Shown piece after piece: positions 27,967 to 37,200 of a stretch of 64,000 bases of DNA. This DNA is from an uncultured Acetobacteraceae bacterium. Lineage in GTDB: Bacteria > Pseudomonadota > Alphaproteobacteria > Acetobacterales > Acetobacteraceae. The stretch lies in the NCBI GenBank assembly GCA_937873095.1, contig CALMVI010000105.1, positions 14,432-78,431 on the forward strand, read 5' to 3'. The notes under the pieces are model-generated. The model was not told where the DNA came from. It searched no databases and was given only the letters and a program-made list of their open reading frames with translations. Every line of letters begins with the position of its first letter. The first letter of the stretch is position 1. A program made the position numbers and the translations under genes.

Positions 27967-29169
27967 TCAGACCGTCTCGCCGGTGATCGGCGCGCCGCTG
28001 AGCCGCGCCACAGGCGATGCCTCGTGCCTGGCGCAGGACGGCAACTCAACAGTTGCGCTGCCCTTCGCCGTCGTCTCGCCCAGCTGATTGTCGACGCGCA
28101 GCTCGAGTTCGGCGAGGTGAACGCCGTCCTCGACGCGCTTGCCTGTCACCGTGCCGCGGCACCAGGAGACGTCGCCGAAGATGTTAGGGCGGCGCAGCGA
28201 AACGTCGAGGCGTCGTAGGAACCCGTGGTCGCCCATCCAATTGGTCATCAGCTGGCCGAGCCAGGAGATGCGCTGTGGGCCCACATCGTAACTGCCGGGC
28301 ATGCCCACCTCGCGCGCCATGCCGGCCTCGGCATGGCCGCGGGCGGCGCTATCTTGCGCGCCGGTCACGGGATCGGCGTAGGAATCGGCAGGATGCCGCT
28401 TGCGGTGCATCGCCGCGCGGCGATGGGCCTGGTAGCTGTGCCCGCCGCCGGAGTACCAGCAGATCATGTCGGTGATGTTGAGCGGGCCCTTGAGCATCGG
28501 CTGGATGGGCGCCCCAACCACCACGTCCTCCCAGAAGCGTGGCGATGCCCCTCGCAGCTCCTCGGTGTCGATCATGTGGGCGATGTGCTCGAGCTCGTCC
28601 GGCGTGTAGCGATGGGTGTCGCGCGCCTTGTATCTGAGCCCACCCTCGGCGCGGGTTCGCGGGGTGCGCGCGGTGTTGCCCAGCGCGCGCGCGACCAGCT
28701 CCCCATGCTGGTTGGTGTAGAGCACTTCGCCGGTCTGGACGATGAAGCGGCGGGCGTTGCCGCCCTGCTTCTCGACGGCGTCAAGCAGGCGCGCGCGAAC
28801 GGTGAAGCAGTCGCGATGCCGGACCGGCCGATACCACTCCCAAGCCGTGCCGCCGTAGAGCCATTGTATGCCGCGCAGCTTGGGCGCCACCACCGTCGTG
28901 TCGATGGTGTAGAGGAAACAGCCGGGCGCCAGCGCCGACCCCCAGGCGCTGGCCGCGCCGTAATCCGGGTCGCAGAACAGCGCGTTCTCGTCGCCGAGCC
29001 CCCAGCAGAAATGCCGGACGGCGTCGGGCGACGCCTCGGTGTTCCAGGTCTGCCCGGTGCGGCGGAGGTCGATGCCGATCAGGGCGCGCGCTTCGGCGAG
29101 CGCGCCGTCCCAGAGTGCCGGCGCCTGCGCGGACCCGGGCTCGACTGTGGCCTGGCTGCTCTCGCTCAT
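27967..29169 (-). CDS. Double hot-dog MaoC-like (R)-hydratase/dehydratase
   Basis: 400 aa from ATG 29169. The N-terminal half is MaoC_dehydrat_N-like (..SPDAVRHFCWGLGDENALFCDPDY..). The C-terminal half is MaoC-like (..GDVSWCRGTVTGK..). Confidence 0.8.
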   Translation of the reverse strand: MSESSQATVEPGSAQAPALWDGALAEARALIGIDLRRTGQTWNTEASPDAVRHFCWGLGDENALFCDPDYGAASAWGSALAPGCFLYTIDTTVVAPKLRGIQWLYGGTAWEWYRPVRHRDCFTVRARLLDAVEKQGGNARRFIVQTGEVLYTNQHGELVARALGNTARTPRTRAEGGLRYKARDTHRYTPDELEHIAHMIDTEELRGASPRFWEDVVVGAPIQPMLKGPLNITDMICWYSGGGHSYQAHRRAAMHRKRHPADSYADPVTGAQDSAARGHAEAGMAREVGMPGSYDVGPQRISWLGQLMTNWMGDHGFLRRLDVSLRRPNIFGDVSWCRGTVTGKRVEDGVHLAELELRVDNQLGETTAKGSATVELPSCARHEASPVARLSGAPITGETV

Positions 29170-29195
29170 GTCCTGTCGCCTTTCACGCCGGCCGG

Positions 29196-30074
29196 TCAGG
29201 TCGCTTCGGCATTGAGCACGATCGCGCCCGACCCGTTCTCCGCCCATAATGCCCATCGTTCGCCCTCGGCCCTGGCATGCAGGCGCAGCACCCGGCCGCA
29301 GACCACCTGGCCAAGGTTGCGGCTGCTGAAGCGGACCGGTTCGCGTCCGGCGAGGTCGCGGAACATCTCAAGCAGGAACATCGCCGGAATGCTGCCGTTG
29401 ACGAGCAGTCCGGGGTAGCCCTCCTCGCCGGTCGCATAGGCCTGGTCGTAGTGGATGCGATGCGGGTTGTCGGTGATGGCGGAGTAGCGGAACAGCATCG
29501 CCTCGTCCGGCACGATCTGCCGTGTGGCATCTGACGCGCGCGCCGGGGCCGGAGGTGCGGCGTGGTTCGTGGCCGGCGCGGGCCTGTCCGGCGCGGCGGC
29601 CTCGCGCATCACGTAGTCGCTGACCTCGATGATCGCGGGCTGGGCGGAGTCGCCCGCGAAGATGCGATGCTCGATGCTGACGATGACGAAGCGCCCGGAG
29701 CGGCCCTGCTTGGCCTGCAGGCCAAGCTGTCGGGTCTCGCGCCGCGCCGCGCCGGCGATCGGCAGGTCGCCCGCGAAGGTGACGGTCCTGCCGCCGAACA
29801 GCAGCCGCGGCAGCCCGAGGTCGGGCAGCTCCACGCCCAGTTCGGCCGCGCCGTCGTGACGCAGGTGGGATTGCCGCGTGGGCGGGTTGAACATGATGAC
29901 GTGCCAGCCGCGCGGCAGGCTCTGACCGGCGTGAAACGCCCCCGGATCGCGGTCCAGCAATGCCGCCAGGCGCCGCGCGAGCGGCAATGCGCAGACATCC
30001 TCGGCGATCACCACAGCCGGCCCGTCCACCTGGCCGTGGGAGGCGCGCAGCTCCGTACCGGCCTGCCCGGTCAC
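29196..30074 (-). CDS. HTD2/itaconyl- or mesaconyl-C4-CoA-hydratase-like hot-dog hydratase
   Basis: GTG 30074 overlaps the upstream TGA. 292 aa with ..LPRGWHVIMFNP.. and ..LFRYSAITDNPHRIHYDQAYA..EGYPGLLVNG.. Confidence 0.75.
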   Translation of the reverse strand: MTGQAGTELRASHGQVDGPAVVIAEDVCALPLARRLAALLDRDPGAFHAGQSLPRGWHVIMFNPPTRQSHLRHDGAAELGVELPDLGLPRLLFGGRTVTFAGDLPIAGAARRETRQLGLQAKQGRSGRFVIVSIEHRIFAGDSAQPAIIEVSDYVMREAAAPDRPAPATNHAAPPAPARASDATRQIVPDEAMLFRYSAITDNPHRIHYDQAYATGEEGYPGLLVNGSIPAMFLLEMFRDLAGREPVRFSSRNLGQVVCGRVLRLHARAEGERWALWAENGSGAIVLNAEAT

Positions 30075-31546
30075 GCCAGCACCACGTTGTCCACGACCCT
30101 TACCGTGCGGCCGACGAACTCCTCGTCCTGCAGCCGCGCGGCCAGCCCTGGATCCTGCGCCGTGGCCAGCGCCCGCGCCCCTTCCTGCGTGTCGAGCAGC
30201 AGGATGCTGCGCGGCGCCCCCTCGCCGCCATGCAGCACGGTGCACCCGGCCACCTGTGCGGTCCCGCTGAACGCGTCCCTGACGTCCAGCACCCGCGCCT
30301 GCCGCCCGACCGTCTCGCTGACGTCCAGGCGTACGAAGCCGCGCGGCGAAGGCTCGGTGGACCACACGCAGAACGCCTGCTTGGTCAAAACACCGGACAC
30401 GCAGGACAGCAACGCGGTCCGGCCGGCGCCCGCGCGCAGCAGTTCCGCGGCGCGGCAGACCGCCTGGAACAGGTAGTTGTTGTAAGGTCCGCCCGCGAAG
30501 GCCATGCCGCCGGTGAGCGTGAGGTCCCGGCCGGGCGGCAGGCCGATCGCCTCGGCATAGGTGGTGACGGCTACGGGGAAGCAACTGTACAGGTCCACCA
30601 GGTCGATGTCCGGCGCGCCCAGCCCGCTCGCCTCCAGCACCGCGCGGCCGGCGATCGCCGCACCCGGACAGAAACCCAGCGACGCGCGGGCCGAGACCGG
30701 GACCATGTGGTTCGACTCCGCGCTGGCCAGGGGGAACAGCCAGCGCTCCCGGGCAATACCGAGTGCTGCGGCGCGGCCGGCCGAGCAGAACAGCAGCGCG
30801 GCTGCCTGATCGACGTTCCAGTTCGAGCAATGGGCGCGCGTGTAGGGGAACGCCTGCATCGGGTTGGATGGCGAGGCGTCGCGTATGGCGCCAGGCGACA
30901 CCGGCCGCCGCAGCCAGGCATGCGGGTTCTCTGCGGCAACGCGGCTGAACGCGGCGCCCATCTCCGCCAGCCCGTCCCTGTGCGCAGCGACGCCGAGGCC
31001 CCGCTCCGCACGGCGGGCGCTCTCCAGCATGGCGTACAGCCCGACCGGCATGCGCAAACCGGCAGCCAGCTCGGCCGGGTGGCGCAGTTCGGTGGCTGGC
31101 GTCAGGTGCAGCTCCGGCCCGCTCGCCTGGTTCCGCTCGGTGGCTGCGACGCCAGCGGCCTGCGCGCGGCGCAGCCGGTGGCCAGCGTCGCCGCCCACCA
31201 CCAGCGCGGTGTGGATGCGGCCCTGGGCGATCAGCGCGCAGGCCTCGCTGATCAGCGTCTGCTGCAGCACGCCCACGCTGGCCAGCACCGTGGTCGGCCG
31301 CATTGCGCCTGCCGCCCGGGCGATCTCGCCGGCCGGGTCGCGGTAGCCCCAGCGGCCCTGCGGCACCGCTATCCATTGCGCGCCGGGCAGCGCTTGCCCG
31401 GTGCCGCTGTCGCGGCCGGCCGAAGCCACCGCCTCCAGCATCAAGTCCATCGCCTCCGGGGCACGGAGCCAATCGTCCTCCCGCCGTCCCGCCGTGCCGA
31501 TGCCGACCAGGACGGGCGTGTCGTGCGGGACGCTGCCGCAGCTCAT
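30071..31546 (-). CDS. Thiolase-fold protein lacking canonical catalytic residues, with a C-terminal ~100-aa extension
   Basis: ATG 31546 overlaps the upstream TGA (ATGA). 491 aa. Thiolase-like blocks are ..ALVVGGDAG.., ..NVDQAAALLFCS.., ..DLYSCFPVAV.. and ..LTGGMAFAGGPYNNY... Val sits at the nucleophile Cys position and Gly at the His position, by eye alignment. Confidence 0.8.
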   Translation of the reverse strand: MSCGSVPHDTPVLVGIGTAGRREDDWLRAPEAMDLMLEAVASAGRDSGTGQALPGAQWIAVPQGRWGYRDPAGEIARAAGAMRPTTVLASVGVLQQTLISEACALIAQGRIHTALVVGGDAGHRLRRAQAAGVAATERNQASGPELHLTPATELRHPAELAAGLRMPVGLYAMLESARRAERGLGVAAHRDGLAEMGAAFSRVAAENPHAWLRRPVSPGAIRDASPSNPMQAFPYTRAHCSNWNVDQAAALLFCSAGRAAALGIARERWLFPLASAESNHMVPVSARASLGFCPGAAIAGRAVLEASGLGAPDIDLVDLYSCFPVAVTTYAEAIGLPPGRDLTLTGGMAFAGGPYNNYLFQAVCRAAELLRAGAGRTALLSCVSGVLTKQAFCVWSTEPSPRGFVRLDVSETVGRQARVLDVRDAFSGTAQVAGCTVLHGGEGAPRSILLLDTQEGARALATAQDPGLAARLQDEEFVGRTVRVVDNVVLA

Positions 31547-33114
31547 TCGCGGCCCTCCGTCGTCGCCGCCGCAAGGGCCGCGCGAAGCTCGGCCTTCTGG
31601 ATCTTGCCGTTGGCGTTGCGCGGCAGCGGCGCGCTGCCGACCGTGACATGCTGCGGCACCTTGTAGTCGGCCATGCGCCCGGCGCACCACGCGCGCACCT
31701 GCTCGGCGGTCGGGCCACCATCGGCGACGCAGAGGAACGCGGCCACCGTCTCGCCCAGCATGTCGTCCGGCCGGCCCACCACGGCGGCTTCGACGACGCC
31801 GTCCAGCCCGGCGAGCATGCTCTCCACCTCGGCGGGGTACACCTTGAAGCCGGCCCGGTTGATCATGTCCTTCTTGCGGTCGGCGATGCTGACGTAGCCG
31901 TCGGCGTCGATGCTGCCGATGTCGCCCGATCTCCAGTATCCGCCGGCGAACGCAGCGGCATCGGCCGCCGGGTTCTTCCAGTAGCCCGGCGCCACCATGG
32001 GGCCGGCGATCCACAGCTCGCCCTGCCTGCCCGGCGGAACCTCCCGGCCCTCCTCATCCATCACCGCCAGCTGGCCGCACGGCACCGCACGGCCGACGCT
32101 GCCGGCGCGCGCGGCGCCAGGGCCGAGCGGCGTGATAGTGGCGGGCGAGGCCGTCTCTGTGGCGCCGTAGCAGTCGCGCAGCTGCAACCCGGGAAACGCC
32201 TGGCCGAAGCGTTCCGCGGTGGGCGCGGGCATCGGCGCGCCGCCGAAGGCGCCAATGCGCCAGGACGACAGGCCGAACGACGCCAGGTCCGGCTCCAGCA
32301 GGCACAGGCCATACATCGCGGGCACGAGCAGCGCGTGGGTGATGCGTTCCTGCCGCGCCAGTTCGAGAAAGCGGCGGCGCTTGAACTCAGGCATCGTCAC
32401 CACGGCGCCACCGGCCTGGAGGAACGGCAGCAGCACGCCGCACAGCCCCGTCACGTGCGACCACGGCACGCAGAGCAGCGTGCGATCGTCCGGGCCGAGC
32501 GCGTGCGCCTCCTGCCAGTGCAGGCAGGAATGCACCACGTTGAGGTGGGTCAGCATGGCGCCCTTGGGCCGCCCGGTGGTGCCGGAGGTGTAGAGGATGG
32601 CGAAGACGTCGTCCTCGGCGGTTGCGGCGGACGATGGCGGGGAAACGTCGCCGGGGGCGCGCCAGGCCGCCGAGGCGGTATCCAGGCAGGCGTCCGGCTG
32701 CGCCCCGGCGCCGGCCAAGTCGCCGGCGAACGGCGCGCCGTGGATGACCGCCACAGGCTTTGCATCGCCGAGGATGTGGGCGATTTCGGGCGCGCGCAGG
32801 CGGGTGCCGAGCGGCACCAGGATCGCGCCCAGCCGGGCGATCGCGGCCACGCTCGCCACGGCGTCCAGCCCGTTATCGAGCATGACCGCCACCCGGTCGC
32901 CTGGCCGCACGCCGAGCGACGCGAGCGCTGCCGCCGCTGCCGCCGAGCGTTGCGCTAATTGGGCATAGGTAAGCCGAGCCTCGCCGTCGACCATCGCCGG
33001 CCGTTCCGCATGGCCGGAGAAGCTCGCCTCGAGCATGGCCTGCACGGTCGCCGGCCGGTCCGCGTAGCATGTGACGAGCCGGCCCCGGTGGAGCTCCCTA
33101 CGCGTCCGGCGCAC
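31543..33114 (-). CDS. AMP-forming acyl-CoA synthetase/ligase
   Basis: 523 aa with ..ILYTSGTTGRPKG.., ..WRSGDIG..DGY..IADRKKD.. and a C-terminal ..NGKIQK... The GTG start at 33114 is uncertain. Confidence 0.85.
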   Translation of the reverse strand: MRRTRRELHRGRLVTCYADRPATVQAMLEASFSGHAERPAMVDGEARLTYAQLAQRSAAAAAALASLGVRPGDRVAVMLDNGLDAVASVAAIARLGAILVPLGTRLRAPEIAHILGDAKPVAVIHGAPFAGDLAGAGAQPDACLDTASAAWRAPGDVSPPSSAATAEDDVFAILYTSGTTGRPKGAMLTHLNVVHSCLHWQEAHALGPDDRTLLCVPWSHVTGLCGVLLPFLQAGGAVVTMPEFKRRRFLELARQERITHALLVPAMYGLCLLEPDLASFGLSSWRIGAFGGAPMPAPTAERFGQAFPGLQLRDCYGATETASPATITPLGPGAARAGSVGRAVPCGQLAVMDEEGREVPPGRQGELWIAGPMVAPGYWKNPAADAAAFAGGYWRSGDIGSIDADGYVSIADRKKDMINRAGFKVYPAEVESMLAGLDGVVEAAVVGRPDDMLGETVAAFLCVADGGPTAEQVRAWCAGRMADYKVPQHVTVGSAPLPRNANGKIQKAELRAALAAATTEGRE

Positions 33115-33119
33115 CGAGG

Positions 33120-33935
33120 CTACTCCGCTGCGTCCGACACGCCGCTGCGATCCTGCGCCGCCGACAGCGCCGCTTCGAGATGACTCCCATAGGCCTGCAC
33201 GTCGCGCTCGGCCCGGCGGCGGGCGGTTTCGGCATCGCCGCCCTCGATCGCCTGCAGGATGCGCCGGTGCGCGCGCACGGCCAGGCCGCGCACCTCTTCG
33301 GACGCGAAGTTCTCGATGCGGGATGCCTCAATCATCAGCGGGAAGATCGAGGCGGCCAGCGCGAACAGCAGCTCGTTGTGGCTGGCCGCGGCCAGCGCCG
33401 TGTGCCAGTTGGCGTTCTCCTCCAGGAACTGGTTCAGGTCCGAGGACGCGGTCGATTCCAGCACGGCGGACACACGCCTGAGTTCGGCCATGTCGTCCTC
33501 CGTGCGGTTCAGCGCAGCGAGGTAGGCGATCATCGGCGCCAGCGCCTGACGCACCTCGACCAGCGAGCGCAGGGAAATGCTCCTGCCGCGCGTGAAGACG
33601 CTGATGTGGTTGGCGAGAAGCGCGTCGGAGGGCTGCGAGACGACGGCCCCGCCGTAGCGGCCGGCGCGTGTGTTCACCAGGCCCTGCGTCTCCAGGATGC
33701 GCAGCCCCTCGCGTATCGAGCCGCGGCTCAATCCTGTCGCGGAGACCAGTTCGCGCTCGGTCGGCAGCGAGGAGCCGGGCGGATAGGCGCCGCTGAGGAT
33801 CTGCTCCTGCAGCTTGCCGGCAAGCATGTCGCTGGATTTGAGGACCTTGATCCGGTCGAGCCTGTCGAGCATGCGCGGCACCGCGGCCTCGCTTCCGGCA
33901 CCCAGATTCCCGGCGTCTGGCTTCTCTATTGTCAC
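33120..33935 (-). CDS. GntR-family transcriptional regulator, FadR/FCD subfamily
   Basis: 271 aa with a GTG start. It has a winged HTH (..LPTERELVSATGLSRGSIREGLRILETQGLV..) and an FCD domain. It is the first gene of the ligase/thiolase-like/hydratase operon. Confidence 0.9.
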   Translation of the reverse strand: MTIEKPDAGNLGAGSEAAVPRMLDRLDRIKVLKSSDMLAGKLQEQILSGAYPPGSSLPTERELVSATGLSRGSIREGLRILETQGLVNTRAGRYGGAVVSQPSDALLANHISVFTRGRSISLRSLVEVRQALAPMIAYLAALNRTEDDMAELRRVSAVLESTASSDLNQFLEENANWHTALAAASHNELLFALAASIFPLMIEASRIENFASEEVRGLAVRAHRRILQAIEGGDAETARRRAERDVQAYGSHLEAALSAAQDRSGVSDAAE

Positions 33936-33965
33936 GATCGGGTCCTAGCGTTATCGTCCGATGAA

Positions 33966-33983
33966 GTCAATTGTCAGACCGTA
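33966..33983 (+). promoter_or_regulatory. GTCAATTGTC-NN-ACCGTA box in the gntR/CoA-transferase divergent spacer (candidate GntR operator)
   Basis: GTCAATTGTCAGACCGTA lies 30 nt from the gntR GTG and 37 nt from the CoA-transferase ATG. It is 16/18 identical to the inverted copy at 37115-37132. Confidence 0.4.
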
Positions 33984-34020
33984 AAGATGCGGCACACAAA
34001 ATCTCGCAGGGAGGCGACTC

Positions 34021-35259
34021 ATGACCGAAACCTCCGCGAGAGGCGAAGTTTTCCTTCCGCTGCGGGGCGTGCGGGTGCTCGACTTCAGCAAGGTGCTGGC
34101 GGGCCCGCTATGCACCCAGCACCTGGGCGACATGGGCGCGGACGTCATCAAGGTGGAGCCCTGCCGGGGTGGCGACGACACCAGGGCCTGGCCGCCCTTC
34201 CGGGACGGCGAGGGGACGATCTTCCTCTCGGTCAACGGCAACAAGCGCAGCCTTGCCGTCGACCTGAAATCGCCGGTGGGGCGGGACATCTGCCTGCGCC
34301 TGGCACGGAGCTGCGACGTGGTGCTGGAAAGCTTCGCTCCCGGCGTCGCCGAGCGCCTGGGCATCGGCTGCGAGGCGCTGCGGGCTGTCAATCCGTCCGT
34401 CGTCTACTGCAGCGTGTCCGGCTTCGGCACGCAAGGGCCGATGCGCCACGACAAGGGCTACGACCTGATCGCGCAGGCCTTCACCGGTATGCTCGCCTGC
34501 ACCGGCGAGCCGGGCGGGCCGATGGCGCGCAGCCCGTTCTCGCCGGTGGACCAGGGGACCGGGCTCTACGCGGTGATCGGCATCATGGGCGCGCTGATGC
34601 AGCGGCGCGCCACCGGCGCCGGCGCCAAGATCGAAGTCTCGCTGTTCGACACGGCGATGGGTTTCCTCGGCTACATGCTGCAAGGTCATTGGCAGACCGG
34701 ACGAGACCCCGTGCCCGCTGGCTCCGGTCATGAATCCCTGTGTCCCTACCAGGCTTTTCCGACGCAGGACGGGCCGATCATCCTGGGTGTCGCCAACGAT
34801 GCGATGTGGCGCCGCTTCTGCACCCTCGCCGGCCGGCCGGCGCTTGCACACGACCCGCGCTTCGGCACGGGCGCGGCGCGCGTGGCGCATCGCGCGGAGA
34901 CGGTGGCGCTGGCGGCCGGGATCCTGTGCCAGAAGCCGCGCGCCGCCTGGCTGGCGCTGCTCGCGGCCGAGGGCATCCCGTGCTCGGCGGTGCATACGCT
35001 GGGCGAGCTGGCGCGCCATCCGCATACCGAGGAGTCCGGCATGGTGCTCCGCACACGCGACGCGCGGGGCGACGCGTTGCCCGGCGTGGCGCTGCCGCTG
35101 CGCGCGGACGGCCGGCGCACCGCGAGCCGGACACCGCCGCCGCGCCTCGGCGAGCACACGCTCGGCGTGCTGGCGGAGTGCGGCTACAGCGCCGCGGAAT
35201 GCGACGCATTCTTGCGTGACAACGTGATCTTTGCCGGCTGCGTGCCGGCCGAGCCCTGA
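34021..35259 (+). CDS. Family III (CaiB/BaiF) CoA-transferase
   Basis: 412 aa with a GGGAGG RBS. Motifs: ..GVRVLDFSKVLAGPLCTQHLGDMGADVIKVEP.. and the catalytic-Asp region ..GYDLIAQAFTG.. Confidence 0.9.
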   Translation: MTETSARGEVFLPLRGVRVLDFSKVLAGPLCTQHLGDMGADVIKVEPCRGGDDTRAWPPFRDGEGTIFLSVNGNKRSLAVDLKSPVGRDICLRLARSCDVVLESFAPGVAERLGIGCEALRAVNPSVVYCSVSGFGTQGPMRHDKGYDLIAQAFTGMLACTGEPGGPMARSPFSPVDQGTGLYAVIGIMGALMQRRATGAGAKIEVSLFDTAMGFLGYMLQGHWQTGRDPVPAGSGHESLCPYQAFPTQDGPIILGVANDAMWRRFCTLAGRPALAHDPRFGTGAARVAHRAETVALAAGILCQKPRAAWLALLAAEGIPCSAVHTLGELARHPHTEESGMVLRTRDARGDALPGVALPLRADGRRTASRTPPPRLGEHTLGVLAECGYSAAECDAFLRDNVIFAGCVPAEP

Positions 35260-35275
35260 GAGCAGGAGGTTCAAG

Positions 35276-37069
35276 ATGGCGGACGTGATGCAGGCCGACG
35301 GCACCGGCGACGCGCTGCGGCGGAAATACCTGGCCGAACGCGACCTGCGGGTGCGCGCCGATGGCGGCGCGCAATACGTGTCGGTGTCCGAAGGCTTTGC
35401 GGCCTACCTGCACGACCCCTATGTCGAGCCGGGCTTCACCCGCGCGGCGGTGACCGAGGACGTGGACGTGGCGGTGATCGGCGGCGGCTTCTCCGGGCTG
35501 CTGGCGGCGAGCGCCCTGGTCAAGCAGGGCGTGTCCGACATCAGGCTGATCGAAAAGGCCGGCGACCTGGGCGGCACCTGGTATTGGAACCGCTACCCGG
35601 GGTGCCGGTGCGATGTCGAATCGTACATCTATCTGCCGCTGATCGAGGACCACGGCGTCATGCCGTCGGAGAAATACACGCGTGCTACGGAGATCTTCGA
35701 GCATGCGAAGCGCATCGGCCGCTCGCTCGGCCTGTATGAGAAGAGCCTGTTGCAGACCGGCGTCACCGACCTGCACTGGGACGCGTCGGCAGCGCGCTGG
35801 ATCGTGCAGACCGACCGGCAGGACCGCATCCGCGCGCGTTTCGTCTGCCTGGCCACCGGCATACTCAGCCGGCCGAAACTGCCCGGCATACCCGGCATCG
35901 CCAGGTTCCGCGGCCACTCCTTCCACACGTCACGGTGGGATTTCGGCTACACCGGCGGCGACGCCGCCGGCGGCCTCGCCAGGCTCGCGGACAAGCGCGT
36001 GGCCATCATCGGCACGGGCGCCAGCGCCGCGCAGGCGATACCGCATCTGGGCGAGGCATGCGCGCAGCTCTACGTGGTGCAGCGCACGCCGGCCGCGGTG
36101 GATGATCGCGGCAACATGGCCACCGATCCGCAATGGTGGCAGGCGCAGCAATCCGGCTGGTGGGAGAAGCGGGCGGCCAATTTCGAGAGTTTTCTGCTTG
36201 GCATTCCGCAGGACGAGGACCTGGTCGCCGATGGCTGGACGTCCAATTGGGCGAAGCTGTCGGAGGCCGCGCGCACCGAGGGCCTGTCCGAGGACGAGCG
36301 CAAGCGGCTGCGCCAGGCGGCGGAATACGCGCGCATGGAAGAGATACGCGGCAGAATAAACGCCGTGGTCCAAGACCCCGAGACGGCGGAGGCGCTGAAG
36401 CCGTATTTCAACTGGATGTGCAAGCGCCCGCTTTTCGTGGACGGATATTTCGAGACGTTCAACAGGAGCAACGTCAAGCTGCTCAACGTCGCGGGCCGCG
36501 GCCTCGACGAGATTACCGAGAACGCGATCGTCCTCGACGGCAAGTCCTATGAGGTGGACTGCATCATCTACGCGTCGGGCTTCGAGGTGGCGGCACCGGC
36601 CGACCGCACCGGCGGCTTCGACCTGGTGGGCGCCGGCGGGCAGACGCTCGCGCAATACTGGCAGGACGGCCGCCGGTCGCTGCACGGCATCTTCGTGCAC
36701 GGCTTTCCCAACCTGGGGATCATGAACGGCCTGAAGCAGGCGGCGATCACCTGGAACATCACCTACATGATGCGCAAGCAGGGCGAACATTTCGCCCACG
36801 TGGTCAAACGCTGCCTGGACGCAGGGACGCGCGTCATGGACGTCAAGCCGGAGGCCGAGGCGGCCTGGCGCGACGCGTTGCTGCGCGCCGCGAGCGTCGA
36901 CGAGGAGTTCCTGCGCGACTGCACGCCCGGCTACTACAACAACGAAGGGCGCAACCAGGAAGACTCGATCTGGCTGAGCAGCTTCGGCGGCGGCCCGTTC
37001 GCATACATGCAGCTGCTGCAGGCGTGGCGGGACGAGGATCTCGATGCGGATATGGTCCTGACCGCCTGA
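35276..37069 (+). CDS. Baeyer-Villiger monooxygenase, long N-terminus subgroup
   Basis: 597 aa from ATG 35276 (AGGAGG RBS). Motifs: GGGFSG, GGTWYWNRYPG, the BVMO fingerprint FRGHSFHTSRWD, and GTGASA. Confidence 0.9.
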   Translation: MADVMQADGTGDALRRKYLAERDLRVRADGGAQYVSVSEGFAAYLHDPYVEPGFTRAAVTEDVDVAVIGGGFSGLLAASALVKQGVSDIRLIEKAGDLGGTWYWNRYPGCRCDVESYIYLPLIEDHGVMPSEKYTRATEIFEHAKRIGRSLGLYEKSLLQTGVTDLHWDASAARWIVQTDRQDRIRARFVCLATGILSRPKLPGIPGIARFRGHSFHTSRWDFGYTGGDAAGGLARLADKRVAIIGTGASAAQAIPHLGEACAQLYVVQRTPAAVDDRGNMATDPQWWQAQQSGWWEKRAANFESFLLGIPQDEDLVADGWTSNWAKLSEAARTEGLSEDERKRLRQAAEYARMEEIRGRINAVVQDPETAEALKPYFNWMCKRPLFVDGYFETFNRSNVKLLNVAGRGLDEITENAIVLDGKSYEVDCIIYASGFEVAAPADRTGGFDLVGAGGQTLAQYWQDGRRSLHGIFVHGFPNLGIMNGLKQAAITWNITYMMRKQGEHFAHVVKRCLDAGTRVMDVKPEAEAAWRDALLRAASVDEEFLRDCTPGYYNNEGRNQEDSIWLSSFGGGPFAYMQLLQAWRDEDLDADMVLTA

Positions 37070-37114
37070 CCGCCTGACCGCCGACACAAGAACCCATCCC
37101 GCACCACTTGGGTC

Positions 37115-37156
37115 TACGGTAAGACAATTGACATGGTCGTTTTGTATGACTATCGA
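37115..37156 (+). promoter_or_regulatory. Candidate sigma70-type promoter of the TonB receptor, overlapped by the inverted GTCAATTGTC box
   Basis: TTGACA (37128-37133), 17 nt, then TATCGA (37151-37156). Bases 37115-37132 read GTCAATTGTCTTACCGTA on the minus strand. Confidence 0.35.
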
Positions 37157-37200
37157 TAAGCCCAAACGCCCGTCAGAGGCGACCGGCTGGGAGGTGGACG

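Noticed and set aside
30709-30719. T-loop-like GGTTCGACTCC
   Set aside because: It lies inside the well-supported thiolase-fold CDS and has no surrounding cloverleaf.
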